Shown: piece by piece, positions 1 through 9,697 of the stretch
How the letters are laid out: every line of letters begins with the position of its first letter
Numbering within the stretch: position 1 is the stretch's first letter
Origin: Flavobacteriales bacterium TMED84
Lineage (GTDB): Bacteria; Bacteroidota; Bacteroidia; Flavobacteriales; BACL11
Direction: 5' to 3'
NCBI GenBank assembly: GCA_002172655.2
Contig: NHEL02000013.1
Coordinates: forward strand, 18,572-82,571
Length of the DNA: 64,000 bases
Program-made: the position numbers and the translations under genes
Notes under the pieces: generated by a model
The model's input: the letters and a program-made list of their open reading frames with translations, nothing else
Told to the model about the DNA's origin: nothing
Database searches by the model: none

Positions 1-2286
1 AATCAAAATAAATTTTTGCCTAAGATTTTTATTCTAAATAATGAGACAGATTATTATAGACTTTTTTCAATTGCTGATGAATTTGAAATAGATTTTATTG
101 TTAAAGGAAATGGTAAGGAATTTGCTGTCATTGACCAATTAAAAAAATTTAATTTTCCATTAGTTATTCCACTTAACTTTCCGAACGCATATGATATTTC
201 AAATCCTGTTTATACTGACTGGTTGAGCTTGAAAAAGCTTAAAGAATGGGAGCTAGCTCCATATAATTTAAATATAATAGCAAAAAATAAAATTCCATTT
301 GCGATTACATCATCGGATTTAAAAAACAAAAAAGATTTTTTTAAAAATCTTCGTATTGCTGTAAATCATGGCTTGACGAAAGAAGATGCATTAAAAGCAT
401 TAACTGAAACTCCAGCAAAATTAATTAATAAGTACCACTTGATTGGATCCATTGAAGCAGGTAAAAAAGCCAACTTTATTATCTGTTCTGGTGATATTTT
501 TGTTGAAGGAAATATTTATGAGAATTGGGTTGATGGAGAAAGAAATGTAATAAAAGAAAAGAACAATGAAGATATAAGAGGGTACTACACATTTAATTCA
601 ACAAGCCTTAAGGAATTGTTTGTTGAAATTAATGGTGACATTGACAAGCCTAAACTTAAGATACCATCGCTTGACTCTTCATGGATGAGCTCTAATCTTA
701 AATACAATAAACTTACTTTTTTTAGTGAACAAATTTCGTTCAGAGCTGTATGTAAGATTAATAATGGTGTAGGTGAAGGAAGAGCTCAGACAATAGAAGG
801 AACAACAATAGATTTTGTTCTCACTAAAGACTCATCTATAGTTATCAAAAACAAAAGGACAAATAATTCAAATATAGATTCTGTTCCTCCTAAACAACTA
901 AAACCAAATGTGTCTTACGGCTTTGAAAAACTTCCAAAAAAGAAGGATGTAGTTCTAAAAAATGGGACAATTTGGACAAACGAAAAATCAGGTGTTTTAA
1001 ATCGCGCAGATATTGCATTTAGCAATGGTAAAATTGTTTTTGTTGGTAAAAACATTATTCTTTCAGATGTTTTTAACGACACTACTTCCGTTCAAATAAT
1101 TGATGCTACAGAAAAGCATATAACTTCTGGAATTATTGATGAACACTCACATATTGCTATCTCTAGAGGTGTAAACGAAAGTAGCCAAGCTGTGACAGCA
1201 GAGGTTAGTATTGGAGATGTGATAAATTCAAGTGATGTTAATATATATAGACAATTAGCAGGTGGGGTAACAGCAGCACAATTGTTACACGGGTCAGCAA
1301 ATCCCATAGGTGGTCAGTCTGCACTTGTTAAAATGAGATGGGGAAGCTCAGCAGAAGAGATGAAGATAAAATCAGATGTGGGTTTTATAAAATTTGCTTT
1401 GGGAGAAAACGTTAAGCAAAGTAATTGGGGAGCATTTAATACATTTAGATTTCCTCAAACTAGAATGGGTGTTGAACAAGTTTTCTATGATGCATTTTTT
1501 AGAGCTAAAAACTATAAAAAGGAGTGGGAAGAGTACAACAAGCTTTCCTTAAGAAAAAAAAGAGATACCCCTCCTCCAAGAGAGGATCTAGAATTAAATA
1601 TTCTTTCTGAAATATTGGATAAGAAAAGATTTATCACATGTCATTCATATGTACAATCTGAAATTAACATGCTAATGCATGTTGGAGATTCAATGGGCTT
1701 TACTGTTAATACTTTTACACACATACTAGAAGGCTATAAGGTAGCTGATAAAATGAAAAAACATGGAGCAGGAGGATCAACTTTTTCTGATTGGTGGGCA
1801 TACAAATTTGAAGTTAACGATGCTATTCCTCACAATGCTGCACTATTAAATAATGCTGGTGTTATCACAGCAATAAATTCTGATGATGCAGAAATGGGAA
1901 GAAGATTAAATCATGAAGCTGCTAAAGCTATCAAATATGGCGGTGTAAGCAAAGAAGATGCTTGGAAGATGATAACACTCAATCCAGCAAAACTTTTGCA
2001 ACTTGACAAAAAAGTGGGTAGTCTAAAAGTTGGGAAAGATGCTGATATAGTTATATGGTCCGATGAGCCATTGTCAATTTATGCAAAAGTTGAGAGCACA
2101 TTTGTCGATGGAAGACTTTTATTTGATCATAATTATAATGAGAAATTAATGAGAAGAGACCAAAAAGAAAAAGCAAGAATAATTTCCAAAATGGCTACTT
2201 CAAGAGGTGAAAAACAAAAAATCAAATTTGAAAAAGAGGATCTATATCATTGTTGTAAACACAGAGCAATAAACTATTATGAATAA
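1..2286 (+). CDS. Amidohydrolase family protein, large paralogue, probably 5'-truncated by the window edge
   Basis: The frame of ORF 16..2286 stays open back to nt 1 with no stop. It has a metal-dependent hydrolase H-x-H motif (IIDEHSHIAIS) and a C-terminal GSLKVGKDADIVIW motif. It is followed by a second amidohydrolase, as in the usual flavobacterial pair. Confidence 0.75.
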   Translation, partial: NQNKFLPKIFILNNETDYYRLFSIADEFEIDFIVKGNGKEFAVIDQLKKFNFPLVIPLNFPNAYDISNPVYTDWLSLKKLKEWELAPYNLNIIAKNKIPFAITSSDLKNKKDFFKNLRIAVNHGLTKEDALKALTETPAKLINKYHLIGSIEAGKKANFIICSGDIFVEGNIYENWVDGERNVIKEKNNEDIRGYYTFNSTSLKELFVEINGDIDKPKLKIPSLDSSWMSSNLKYNKLTFFSEQISFRAVCKINNGVGEGRAQTIEGTTIDFVLTKDSSIVIKNKRTNNSNIDSVPPKQLKPNVSYGFEKLPKKKDVVLKNGTIWTNEKSGVLNRADIAFSNGKIVFVGKNIILSDVFNDTTSVQIIDATEKHITSGIIDEHSHIAISRGVNESSQAVTAEVSIGDVINSSDVNIYRQLAGGVTAAQLLHGSANPIGGQSALVKMRWGSSAEEMKIKSDVGFIKFALGENVKQSNWGAFNTFRFPQTRMGVEQVFYDAFFRAKNYKKEWEEYNKLSLRKKRDTPPPREDLELNILSEILDKKRFITCHSYVQSEINMLMHVGDSMGFTVNTFTHILEGYKVADKMKKHGAGGSTFSDWWAYKFEVNDAIPHNAALLNNAGVITAINSDDAEMGRRLNHEAAKAIKYGGVSKEDAWKMITLNPAKLLQLDKKVGSLKVGKDADIVIWSDEPLSIYAKVESTFVDGRLLFDHNYNEKLMRRDQKEKARIISKMATSRGEKQKIKFEKEDLYHCCKHRAINYYE

Positions 2287-3538
2287 AAATTTATTTTTTT
2301 TCATACTTATATTTTTACCTTTAGTTACACTAAGTCAAAAAAGAACACTTTTAATTGGAGGAACAGCTTATGTGGGAAATGGTGACAAAATAGAAAACTC
2401 TGTTATTTGCATTCAGGGTGAAAAAATTGATTTTATTGCAAATAGTTCCGAAATTAAAATTGATCCGACAGCATTTGATACAATCATCAGACTACATGGT
2501 AAATTTATATATCCATCATTTATTTTACCAAACTCTAGGCTTGGAATTACTGAGATTGATGCTGTTCGTGCAACTCATGACTTCAGAGAAGTTGGTTCAT
2601 TTAACCCTCACGTCAGAACTAAAATTGCATATAACACTGATTCTAAAATTATAGGCACTCTTAGGACTAATGGTATTCTAGTCAGTCAAGTGGCTCCGAT
2701 TGGCGGGCTGTTTTCTGGACAATCCTCTGTTTTTTATCTTGATGGAAATAATTGGGAGAATGCAGTATGCAAGTCTGATGATGGTATTCATTTGAACTGG
2801 CCAAGATCATATAATAAAAGTGGTTGGTGGGCTGAACCTGGAGAAAGTAAAAGAAATAAAGAGTACCAAAAAAAAGTTTTAAAAATTGAGGATTATTTAG
2901 ATAAAGCATCATCATACTTTAACAACAACGGAGAAAAAATTGATATAAAAATGGAAAGTATGAAAGGTCTGTTTGACGGTAATAAAACCCTTTATGTACA
3001 CGCTGACTACTACACAGAAATTATTGATGCTATTGACTTACTTAAAAAGAAAAAAATCAAAAAAATAGTTTTGGTTGGAGGAGAAGAGGCTTTGATGGCT
3101 AAGAACATTATAAAAAATAACAATATAAATGTAATTTTAAATCGTGTACATCGGCTTCCTAATAAAGCTGGATCATCCATTTATGAACCATATACTCAAG
3201 CAAAACTGTTGCACGAAAATGAAATTTTATTTTGTTTTAGTTATGAGGGAGATATGGAAGTAATGGGTTCAAGAAATCTTCCTTTTACTGCAGGCACATC
3301 TGTTGCATATGGCCTAGACTATAGCATCGCAGTAAAATCACTAACTCTGAATGCTGCAAAAATATTAGGAATTGATAATAAGTTAGGATCTTTGGAAGCT
3401 GGAAAAGAAGCGACATTTTTTATCTCTGATGGTGATGCATTAGACATAATGTCTAACAATTTGTTCCTTGCATTTATTAAAGGAGAGACTATTAAGCTAA
3501 CTAACCATCAAACTGAACTTTATGAAAAGTTTAAATAG
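2279..3538 (+). CDS. Amidohydrolase family protein, small paralogue, secreted or membrane-anchored
   Basis: 419-aa ORF with an N-terminal hydrophobic signal (FFFILIFLPLVTLS) and a C-terminal amidohydrolase motif (GSLEAGKEATFFISDGD). It overlaps the upstream gene by 8 nt. Confidence 0.7.
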   Translation: MNKNLFFFILIFLPLVTLSQKRTLLIGGTAYVGNGDKIENSVICIQGEKIDFIANSSEIKIDPTAFDTIIRLHGKFIYPSFILPNSRLGITEIDAVRATHDFREVGSFNPHVRTKIAYNTDSKIIGTLRTNGILVSQVAPIGGLFSGQSSVFYLDGNNWENAVCKSDDGIHLNWPRSYNKSGWWAEPGESKRNKEYQKKVLKIEDYLDKASSYFNNNGEKIDIKMESMKGLFDGNKTLYVHADYYTEIIDAIDLLKKKKIKKIVLVGGEEALMAKNIIKNNNINVILNRVHRLPNKAGSSIYEPYTQAKLLHENEILFCFSYEGDMEVMGSRNLPFTAGTSVAYGLDYSIAVKSLTLNAAKILGIDNKLGSLEAGKEATFFISDGDALDIMSNNLFLAFIKGETIKLTNHQTELYEKFK

Positions 3539-3539
3539 A

Positions 3540-4508
3540 TTAATATCCAATATTTTTTCTAACTCTGTCTAAAACTGTTGTAGCTATTTCATTTGCTTTT
3601 TCAGCGCCTTTGATTAGCTTCTGCTCAATTAAACTCTGATTGTTAATATAATGATTGTATAATTCTCTTTGTGATTTATACTTTTCAAGTATAACCTCAA
3701 AAAGGTCTTTCTTTGCATGACCATATCCGTATCCACCATTTCTATATTTTTTTTCTAGTTCCAAAACATCACTTTTATCAGCTATTATTTCATATAGTTT
3801 AAAAACTGTACAATTATCTGGGTTCTTTGGATCATCAACGGATATACTGTCAGTTATAATTGACATAATTTGCTTCTTTAATTTTTTTTCTGGTAAAAAA
3901 ATATCAATAAAATTATTATAAGACTTACTCATCTTTTGACCATCAGTTCCTGGTATTGTCATTACTTTTTTATCAATTTTCTCTTGCGGTACAATAAGAG
4001 AATTTGGAAATTTATGATTAAATGAGCTAGCAATATCTCTAGTTATTTCTAGATGTTGCTTTTGATCTTTTCCAACTGGTACAATATTCGCATCGTACAA
4101 TAATATATCTGCCGCCATTAGAACTGGATAAGTAAATAGTCCTGTATTTACCTCTGAAAGTTTATCAGACTTATCTTTAAAAGAATGAGAATTTGACAAC
4201 ATTGGATATGGTGTAAAACAACTTAAATACCAAGTAAGTTCACATACTCTGGTTACGTCTGATTGCCTGTAAAAAATATTTTTATCAGTATCAAAGCCAA
4301 AAGCAAGCCAACAAGCGGCTGTGCTGTATGTGTTTTTTCTTAACAATTCCTTGTCTTTTATTGTTGTAAAAGAATGTAAATCTGCAATGAAAAATAAACT
4401 TTGATTTTTTAGATCTGAAGAAAGTTCAATAGCTGGTATTATTGCACCTAATATATTTCCTAAGTGTGGTGTTCCTGTGCTTTGTATACCTGTTAAAATT
4501 CTTGCCAT
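3540..4508 (-). CDS. trpS: Tryptophan--tRNA ligase
   Basis: 322 aa with a class I HIGH-type motif (GTPHLGN) and KMSKS (GQKMSKS). Length and layout are typical of TrpRS. Confidence 0.93.
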   Translation of the reverse strand: MARILTGIQSTGTPHLGNILGAIIPAIELSSDLKNQSLFFIADLHSFTTIKDKELLRKNTYSTAACWLAFGFDTDKNIFYRQSDVTRVCELTWYLSCFTPYPMLSNSHSFKDKSDKLSEVNTGLFTYPVLMAADILLYDANIVPVGKDQKQHLEITRDIASSFNHKFPNSLIVPQEKIDKKVMTIPGTDGQKMSKSYNNFIDIFLPEKKLKKQIMSIITDSISVDDPKNPDNCTVFKLYEIIADKSDVLELEKKYRNGGYGYGHAKKDLFEVILEKYKSQRELYNHYINNQSLIEQKLIKGAEKANEIATTVLDRVRKNIGY

Positions 4509-4518
4509 ATACTTTTTT

Positions 4519-4526
4519 CAAAAATA
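4519..4526 (-). promoter_or_regulatory. Candidate Bacteroidetes -7 promoter box for trpS (TAttTTTG on the minus strand)
   Basis: The + strand reads caaaaata, whose reverse complement is TATTTTTG. This matches the TAnnTTTG consensus 10 nt upstream of the trpS ATG. Confidence 0.4.
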
Positions 4527-4535
4527 GTAGATTTT

Positions 4536-4543
4536 TATATTTG
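4536..4543 (+). promoter_or_regulatory. Candidate -7 promoter box (TAtaTTTG) for plsC
   Basis: Exact TAnnTTTG match ending 4 nt before the ATG at 4548. Confidence 0.45.
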
Positions 4544-4547
4544 TACT

Positions 4548-5309
4548 ATGAGATTTGGAAAGTATCTTCTCTCATTCTTATGGAGAAGTTGGGTTTTTTT
4601 GTTTTTTGTATTTACTCAAATATTTTTTTTACCTGCCCTTTTCTTATTCACAAACTTGTTACCGAGCAAAAAACAGATTTTTAAAATCTCAAAATTATGG
4701 TCGAAATATTTACTTTTTTTCTCAGGTATTTTAGTTAGAAAAGAACTGTCAAAAAAAATTGAGAAAAATAAAACATACATTATTTGTTCAAATCATGTTT
4801 CTAGCTTGGACATAGCTTTAATTTACTCCACAGCTAATATTCCTCTAATTTTTATTGGAAAATCTGAAATTACTAAGTTTCCAATTTTCGGATATTATTT
4901 CAAAAAAAATTCAATAAGCGTTGATAGACAAAATTTAAGAGATTCATATAATGCTTATGTCAGAGCCAAGCAAGTAGTTAAGAAAGAAATAAGTGTTTGT
5001 GTTTTTACTGAAGGAGGAATTCCGAAACCAGAAGTTAGATTGAGAAGATTTAAAAATGGAGCCTTTAAAATAGCATTAGAAAGTGGTACTGATATACTTC
5101 CAGTTGTCATATATGACAATAAAAAAAGATTTCCTTGGTCTTATTTCAAAGGGTCTCCCGGTATTTCTAGAGTTAAATATCTTGATCCAATACAAATCCA
5201 AAATTTTGATAAAAATGATTTAAAAAAATTAAATAATTTTGTCTTTGATAAGATAAATCAAGAACTAAAAGCAAATGAAAATATCGAACGAACTAATAAG
5301 TCAGCTTAG
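4548..5309 (+). CDS. plsC: 1-acyl-sn-glycerol-3-phosphate acyltransferase
   Basis: 253 aa with N-terminal TM segments, the acyltransferase HX4D motif (NHVSSLD) and an FTEGG block. Confidence 0.8.
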   Translation: MRFGKYLLSFLWRSWVFLFFVFTQIFFLPALFLFTNLLPSKKQIFKISKLWSKYLLFFSGILVRKELSKKIEKNKTYIICSNHVSSLDIALIYSTANIPLIFIGKSEITKFPIFGYYFKKNSISVDRQNLRDSYNAYVRAKQVVKKEISVCVFTEGGIPKPEVRLRRFKNGAFKIALESGTDILPVVIYDNKKRFPWSYFKGSPGISRVKYLDPIQIQNFDKNDLKKLNNFVFDKINQELKANENIERTNKSA

Positions 5310-5568
5310 CACACTTGCAAAACTTGAATTTAAAGAGGGAGACTTTTTTGCAATAAAAAAAGATTTGAAAAAAATCTTAAACTTTTTTAAGGTACTTGAT
5401 AAGCTTGATGTCAGTGATGTTGAGCCTCTTTCTCACATTAGTACGGAAATAAATGTTTTGAGAGAGGATTTAATAATTGATTATAAATGCAAAAAATCTG
5501 CAATGAGAAACTCTCCTGTCAAAGATTCGGATTATTTCAAAGTAAAAAAAGTAATTAAAAAAAATTAG
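5275..5568 (+). CDS. gatC: Asp-tRNA(Asn)/Glu-tRNA(Gln) amidotransferase subunit C
   Basis: 97 aa. The N-terminal LAKLEF...E and VEPL motifs and the size are typical of GatC. Confidence 0.8.
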   Translation: MKISNELISQLSTLAKLEFKEGDFFAIKKDLKKILNFFKVLDKLDVSDVEPLSHISTEINVLREDLIIDYKCKKSAMRNSPVKDSDYFKVKKVIKKN

Positions 5569-7055
5569 ATAAGAGATAGTTCGAACCAGCTTTCTGCTCT
5601 CTTTTTATTCTTGCAAGAATGATTCTCAGCTATATACTCAAATTCATTTGTTTTAGAAACATATGTATAATCTTTTGACCACTCGTTAAAATTCTGAGCA
5701 AGAGCCGAAATACTATTCATCACATACATCACTTCTTCATTCAACATTGTTGGATGAAATGAAAGCCTAATCCATCCAGGCTTTAAGCTAAGATTACCCT
5801 CTTCAATATTTTTTGTAATATGCTTAGATTTTGTTTTATCAACATTTAATAATAAATGGCCATATGTGCCCGCACAAGAACAACCTCCTCTAGTTTGAAT
5901 ACAGAACCTGTCATTTAAAATTTGAACTGCTAGATTATAATGTAGACCATCAATATAAAAGGAAAATATAGGAAGTCTATCTCTTAAGTCATTTGCTAAA
6001 ACGTTTATATTAGGTTCATTATCAAAAATTTTCCATGCTATTTTTTTTATTTCTTCATCTCTTTGCAAAATCTTGTTAATTCCCATCTCTTTCTTTAATC
6101 TAAAACAAAGAGCTGTTTTTATTGTCTGTAGAAAAGCAGGAGTCCCACCATCTTCTCTTTGTTGAACATCATCAACATATTTATGTTCTCCCCAGGCATT
6201 AGTCCAATCAACAGTTCCTCCACCTGGATTATCTGGCACATTATTTTGATATAACTCTTTATTAAAAATCAGCACCCCAGAAGAGCCAGGTCCACCAAGA
6301 AACTTGTGAGGGGAAAAATAAATAGCATCAAGTCTTTCATCTAAATCCTCAGGATGCATATCAATATCAATGTATGGTGCTGAACAAGCAAAATCCACAA
6401 AACACACACCCCCATTATTATGCATTATTTTAGCAATCATATGATAAGGCGTAAAAATGCCGGTAACATTTGAACATGATGTAATAGCTGCAATTTTTAC
6501 TTGTCTATGACTATAATCAGATAGTAATTTAACTAATGCTTCTAAATCAACATTTCCAAATTTATTTTGTGGGATTACAACAACATCAGCTATTGTTTCA
6601 ATCCATGATGTTTGGTTAGAATGATGTTCCATGTGAGTAACAAAAACTATTGGCCTTTCACGTATTTTTAATTTTGACTTAAATTTTTCGTGAACTTTTA
6701 GCCCAAGAATTCTTTGGAATTTACTGACTAGCATAGTCATACCTGCACCAGCCGAAATGATTACATCATTTTCATTAGCATTTACTTCATCTTTAATTAT
6801 TTCTAACGCTCTTTCAAATGCATAGTTCGTAGTTGCACCTGTAGTATTAGTATCTGTGTGAGTGTTTGCTACAAATGGAAAAATTTGATTTTGTAAAACA
6901 TCTTCAATTTTTTGATAAAGCCTTCCACTTGCAGTCCAATCAGAATATATAATTTTTTTTCTTCCGTAAGGCCCAGAAAAATAATCGTCAATGCCAATAA
7001 TATTTTTTCTGAACCTATCAAAATGCTTTTCTAAATCATTCATTGTGACAAACAT
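5565..7055 (-). CDS. Aminotransferase class V-fold PLP-dependent enzyme (cysteine desulfurase-like)
   Basis: 496 aa with class V fold blocks (ITSCSNVTG, FSPHKFLGGPGSSGVL containing the PLP lysine). Confidence 0.7.
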   Translation of the reverse strand: MFVTMNDLEKHFDRFRKNIIGIDDYFSGPYGRKKIIYSDWTASGRLYQKIEDVLQNQIFPFVANTHTDTNTTGATTNYAFERALEIIKDEVNANENDVIISAGAGMTMLVSKFQRILGLKVHEKFKSKLKIRERPIVFVTHMEHHSNQTSWIETIADVVVIPQNKFGNVDLEALVKLLSDYSHRQVKIAAITSCSNVTGIFTPYHMIAKIMHNNGGVCFVDFACSAPYIDIDMHPEDLDERLDAIYFSPHKFLGGPGSSGVLIFNKELYQNNVPDNPGGGTVDWTNAWGEHKYVDDVQQREDGGTPAFLQTIKTALCFRLKKEMGINKILQRDEEIKKIAWKIFDNEPNINVLANDLRDRLPIFSFYIDGLHYNLAVQILNDRFCIQTRGGCSCAGTYGHLLLNVDKTKSKHITKNIEEGNLSLKPGWIRLSFHPTMLNEEVMYVMNSISALAQNFNEWSKDYTYVSKTNEFEYIAENHSCKNKKRAESWFELSLI

Positions 7056-7936
7056 ACTAAATTAGAGTTAACATCTAATTTTGAAATTTTTCCAAGAACT
7101 ATAGGTCTATTATTTTTTCGATGTCCAGCAGGAAAATTAAAGCATATTGGAAAGTTAAATTCTTTTGTATGATATTTAATTATCTCTTTAGCATTCATTC
7201 CAAATTTAATTTTGTTATCATGCATATTTGTCATACTACCAACTATCATGGCCTTTATATTATTAAATTTTCCAGCTCTTTTTAGTGAAATTATCATTCT
7301 ATCAACGTGGTATAAATATTCGTCGAGATCTTCTATGAAGAGAATTTTATTATCAGTTTTAATATCTGATTTTGATCCTAACAAACTGTATAATATAGAC
7401 AGGTTACCTCCTACTATTTCAGATTTAACAAATCCAGTTTTGTTTAAAGAATTTGGGGTGCATTCGATATTATTTTTTCCTTTAAATAAAATTTGATGTA
7501 AATTTTTAAGATTTTTTTTTGAAACTAATTCATAATTTATTGGCATAAAAGAATGAATTGAACAGTACTTCATAATATTTAAGCTTGAATGCAAAATTGT
7601 AATATCGCTAAAACCAATAATCCATTTTGGATATTTAATAAATGATTTGAAATCTAGTTCATCAATTAATCTTATTGTTCCATAACCTCCTCTAGCACAA
7701 AAGATTGCCTTAATTTCTTTGGAATCTAATAATTCTTGTAATGAATCTTTTCTAATTCTATCATCACCTGAAAACTGGTGGTGAAATTTATATATATTTT
7801 TTGCTAATACAACTTTTAATCCCCAGCCTAACAAGATGTCAATACTTTTTTGGATATCCTTTTGAACTACTTTTCTTGCTGTGGAAACGATTGAGACAGC
7901 ATCTCCTTTTTTTAATAAAGAAGGTTCTTTGTTCAT
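7040..7936 (-). CDS. ldcA: LD-carboxypeptidase (muramoyltetrapeptide carboxypeptidase family, S66)
   Basis: 298 aa with the ARGGYG block, the nucleophile block GFSDITIL and a C-terminal FPAGH block. Confidence 0.8.
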   Translation of the reverse strand: MNKEPSLLKKGDAVSIVSTARKVVQKDIQKSIDILLGWGLKVVLAKNIYKFHHQFSGDDRIRKDSLQELLDSKEIKAIFCARGGYGTIRLIDELDFKSFIKYPKWIIGFSDITILHSSLNIMKYCSIHSFMPINYELVSKKNLKNLHQILFKGKNNIECTPNSLNKTGFVKSEIVGGNLSILYSLLGSKSDIKTDNKILFIEDLDEYLYHVDRMIISLKRAGKFNNIKAMIVGSMTNMHDNKIKFGMNAKEIIKYHTKEFNFPICFNFPAGHRKNNRPIVLGKISKLDVNSNLVCLSQ

Positions 7937-7958
7937 CTTATAAACTAAAACTAAAAGT

Positions 7959-7966
7959 TATATTTG
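7959..7966 (+). promoter_or_regulatory. Candidate -7 promoter box (TAtaTTTG) for metG
   Basis: Exact TAnnTTTG match 27 nt upstream of the ATG at 7994. Confidence 0.4.
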
Positions 7967-7993
7967 CTAATATAATTTTTTCTGAACTAATAA

Positions 7994-9697
7994 ATGAAAA
8001 AAAGGTTTACTGTTACATCTGCACTACCATATGCAAATGGTCCTATACATATTGGGCATTTAGCAGGAGCTTATTTACCTGCTGATATTTTTGTGCGATA
8101 TCAAAAAAATAAAGGAAATGATGTAGCTTTTATATGTGGTTCTGACGAGCATGGAGCTGCGATAACTTTGCAAGCAAAAAAAAATAAAACTACTGCGAAA
8201 AAAATTATTGATAAATTTCACAATCTTAACAAAAAGACTTTTTCAGACTTTGGAATAGATTTTGATTTTTTTCATAGAACCTCTGAGGAATCTCACCACA
8301 AGACTGCTCAGGATTTTTTTTTAAAACTTAATGAAAATAATGCTTTCAAAATCTTAACTAACAAACAGTATTTTGACAAACAAGAAAATCAATTTTTAGC
8401 AGATAGGTATATTGAGGGAACTTGTCCAAAATGTGGATATGAACATGCATATGGCGATCAATGTGAGAATTGTGGGGCCGCACTTAGTCCAAACGAACTT
8501 ATAAATCCCAAATCAAAAATTAGTGGCAATAGTCCTGTGCTAAGAGATACAACACATTGGTTTTTAGACATGAAAAAGCATGAGAAATGGTTAAAAAAAT
8601 GGATTAATGAAGGTATTATTAATGAAAAGAAAAAACATGACTCTAAAGACTGGAAATCACAGGTAATTAGTCAATGTAATTCATGGATTGACAATGGTTT
8701 GAATGAACGTGCAATGACTAGAGATCTAGACTGGGGAGTAAAATTACCAATTAAAAACACTGATGGAAAAGTTCTTTATGTATGGCTTGATGCTCCTATA
8801 GGTTATATTTCTTCAACCAAAGCTTGGGCAAAAGAGAAGAATAAAAACTGGGAAGATTATTGGATGAATGATGAAACTGAGCTCATTCATTTTATAGGAA
8901 AGGATAACATTGTTTTTCATTGCATAATTTTTCCTATACTACTAAAAATTCATGGGAACTATATATTACCTAAAAATGTTCCTTCAAATGAGTTTTTAAA
9001 TTTAGAGGGAAGGAAAATTTCTACTTCTAAAAACTGGGCTATATGGTTACATGAGTTTCAAAAAGATTTTAAGGACAAGCAAGATTCGTTAAGATATTAT
9101 TTATGCGCTATAAGTCCCGAAAAAAAAGATTCTGACTTTACATGGAAGGATTTTCAAAATAGAAATAATAATGAACTTGTTGATATATATGCAAATTTTA
9201 TTAACCGAGTTATTGTTTTGACAAATAAATATTATAATGGAATCATACCAAAAACAAGTGATTTAGAGAGTATTGATAAAGATATTTTAGAAGAGACTGA
9301 AAAATCAATTGAATTAGTCGGTTATCATATTGAAAAGTTTGAATTTAAAAAGAGTTTGATGAGTTTTATAAACATTGCAAGAATTGGTAATAAATACTTA
9401 ACCGACACTGAACCTTGGAAGTTGATTAAAAATGATGAAACAAGAGTAAAAACAATAATGAATATTTCAATCAAAATGGTTGCTGCATTATCAATAATTT
9501 CAGAACCTTTTTTACCTTTTAGCTCTGTTCAACTAAAAAAAATAATTAATATGAAAAATAATTGTTCTTGGGATTTTAATATATCTAAAATAATTAATGA
9601 AGGTCATAAAATTGGCACACCAAAACACCTTTTTAGTAGAATTAATGATGAGGAAATTGATAAAGTTATAATGAAAATGGAAGATGAAAAAAAATAA
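7994..9697 (+). CDS. metG: Methionine--tRNA ligase, short form without a C-terminal tRNA-binding appendage
   Basis: 567 aa with a HIGH motif (PIHIGHLAG), a zinc knuckle (CPKCG...CENCG) and a KMSKS variant (KISTSKN). Confidence 0.93.
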   Translation: MKKRFTVTSALPYANGPIHIGHLAGAYLPADIFVRYQKNKGNDVAFICGSDEHGAAITLQAKKNKTTAKKIIDKFHNLNKKTFSDFGIDFDFFHRTSEESHHKTAQDFFLKLNENNAFKILTNKQYFDKQENQFLADRYIEGTCPKCGYEHAYGDQCENCGAALSPNELINPKSKISGNSPVLRDTTHWFLDMKKHEKWLKKWINEGIINEKKKHDSKDWKSQVISQCNSWIDNGLNERAMTRDLDWGVKLPIKNTDGKVLYVWLDAPIGYISSTKAWAKEKNKNWEDYWMNDETELIHFIGKDNIVFHCIIFPILLKIHGNYILPKNVPSNEFLNLEGRKISTSKNWAIWLHEFQKDFKDKQDSLRYYLCAISPEKKDSDFTWKDFQNRNNNELVDIYANFINRVIVLTNKYYNGIIPKTSDLESIDKDILEETEKSIELVGYHIEKFEFKKSLMSFINIARIGNKYLTDTEPWKLIKNDETRVKTIMNISIKMVAALSIISEPFLPFSSVQLKKIINMKNNCSWDFNISKIINEGHKIGTPKHLFSRINDEEIDKVIMKMEDEKK

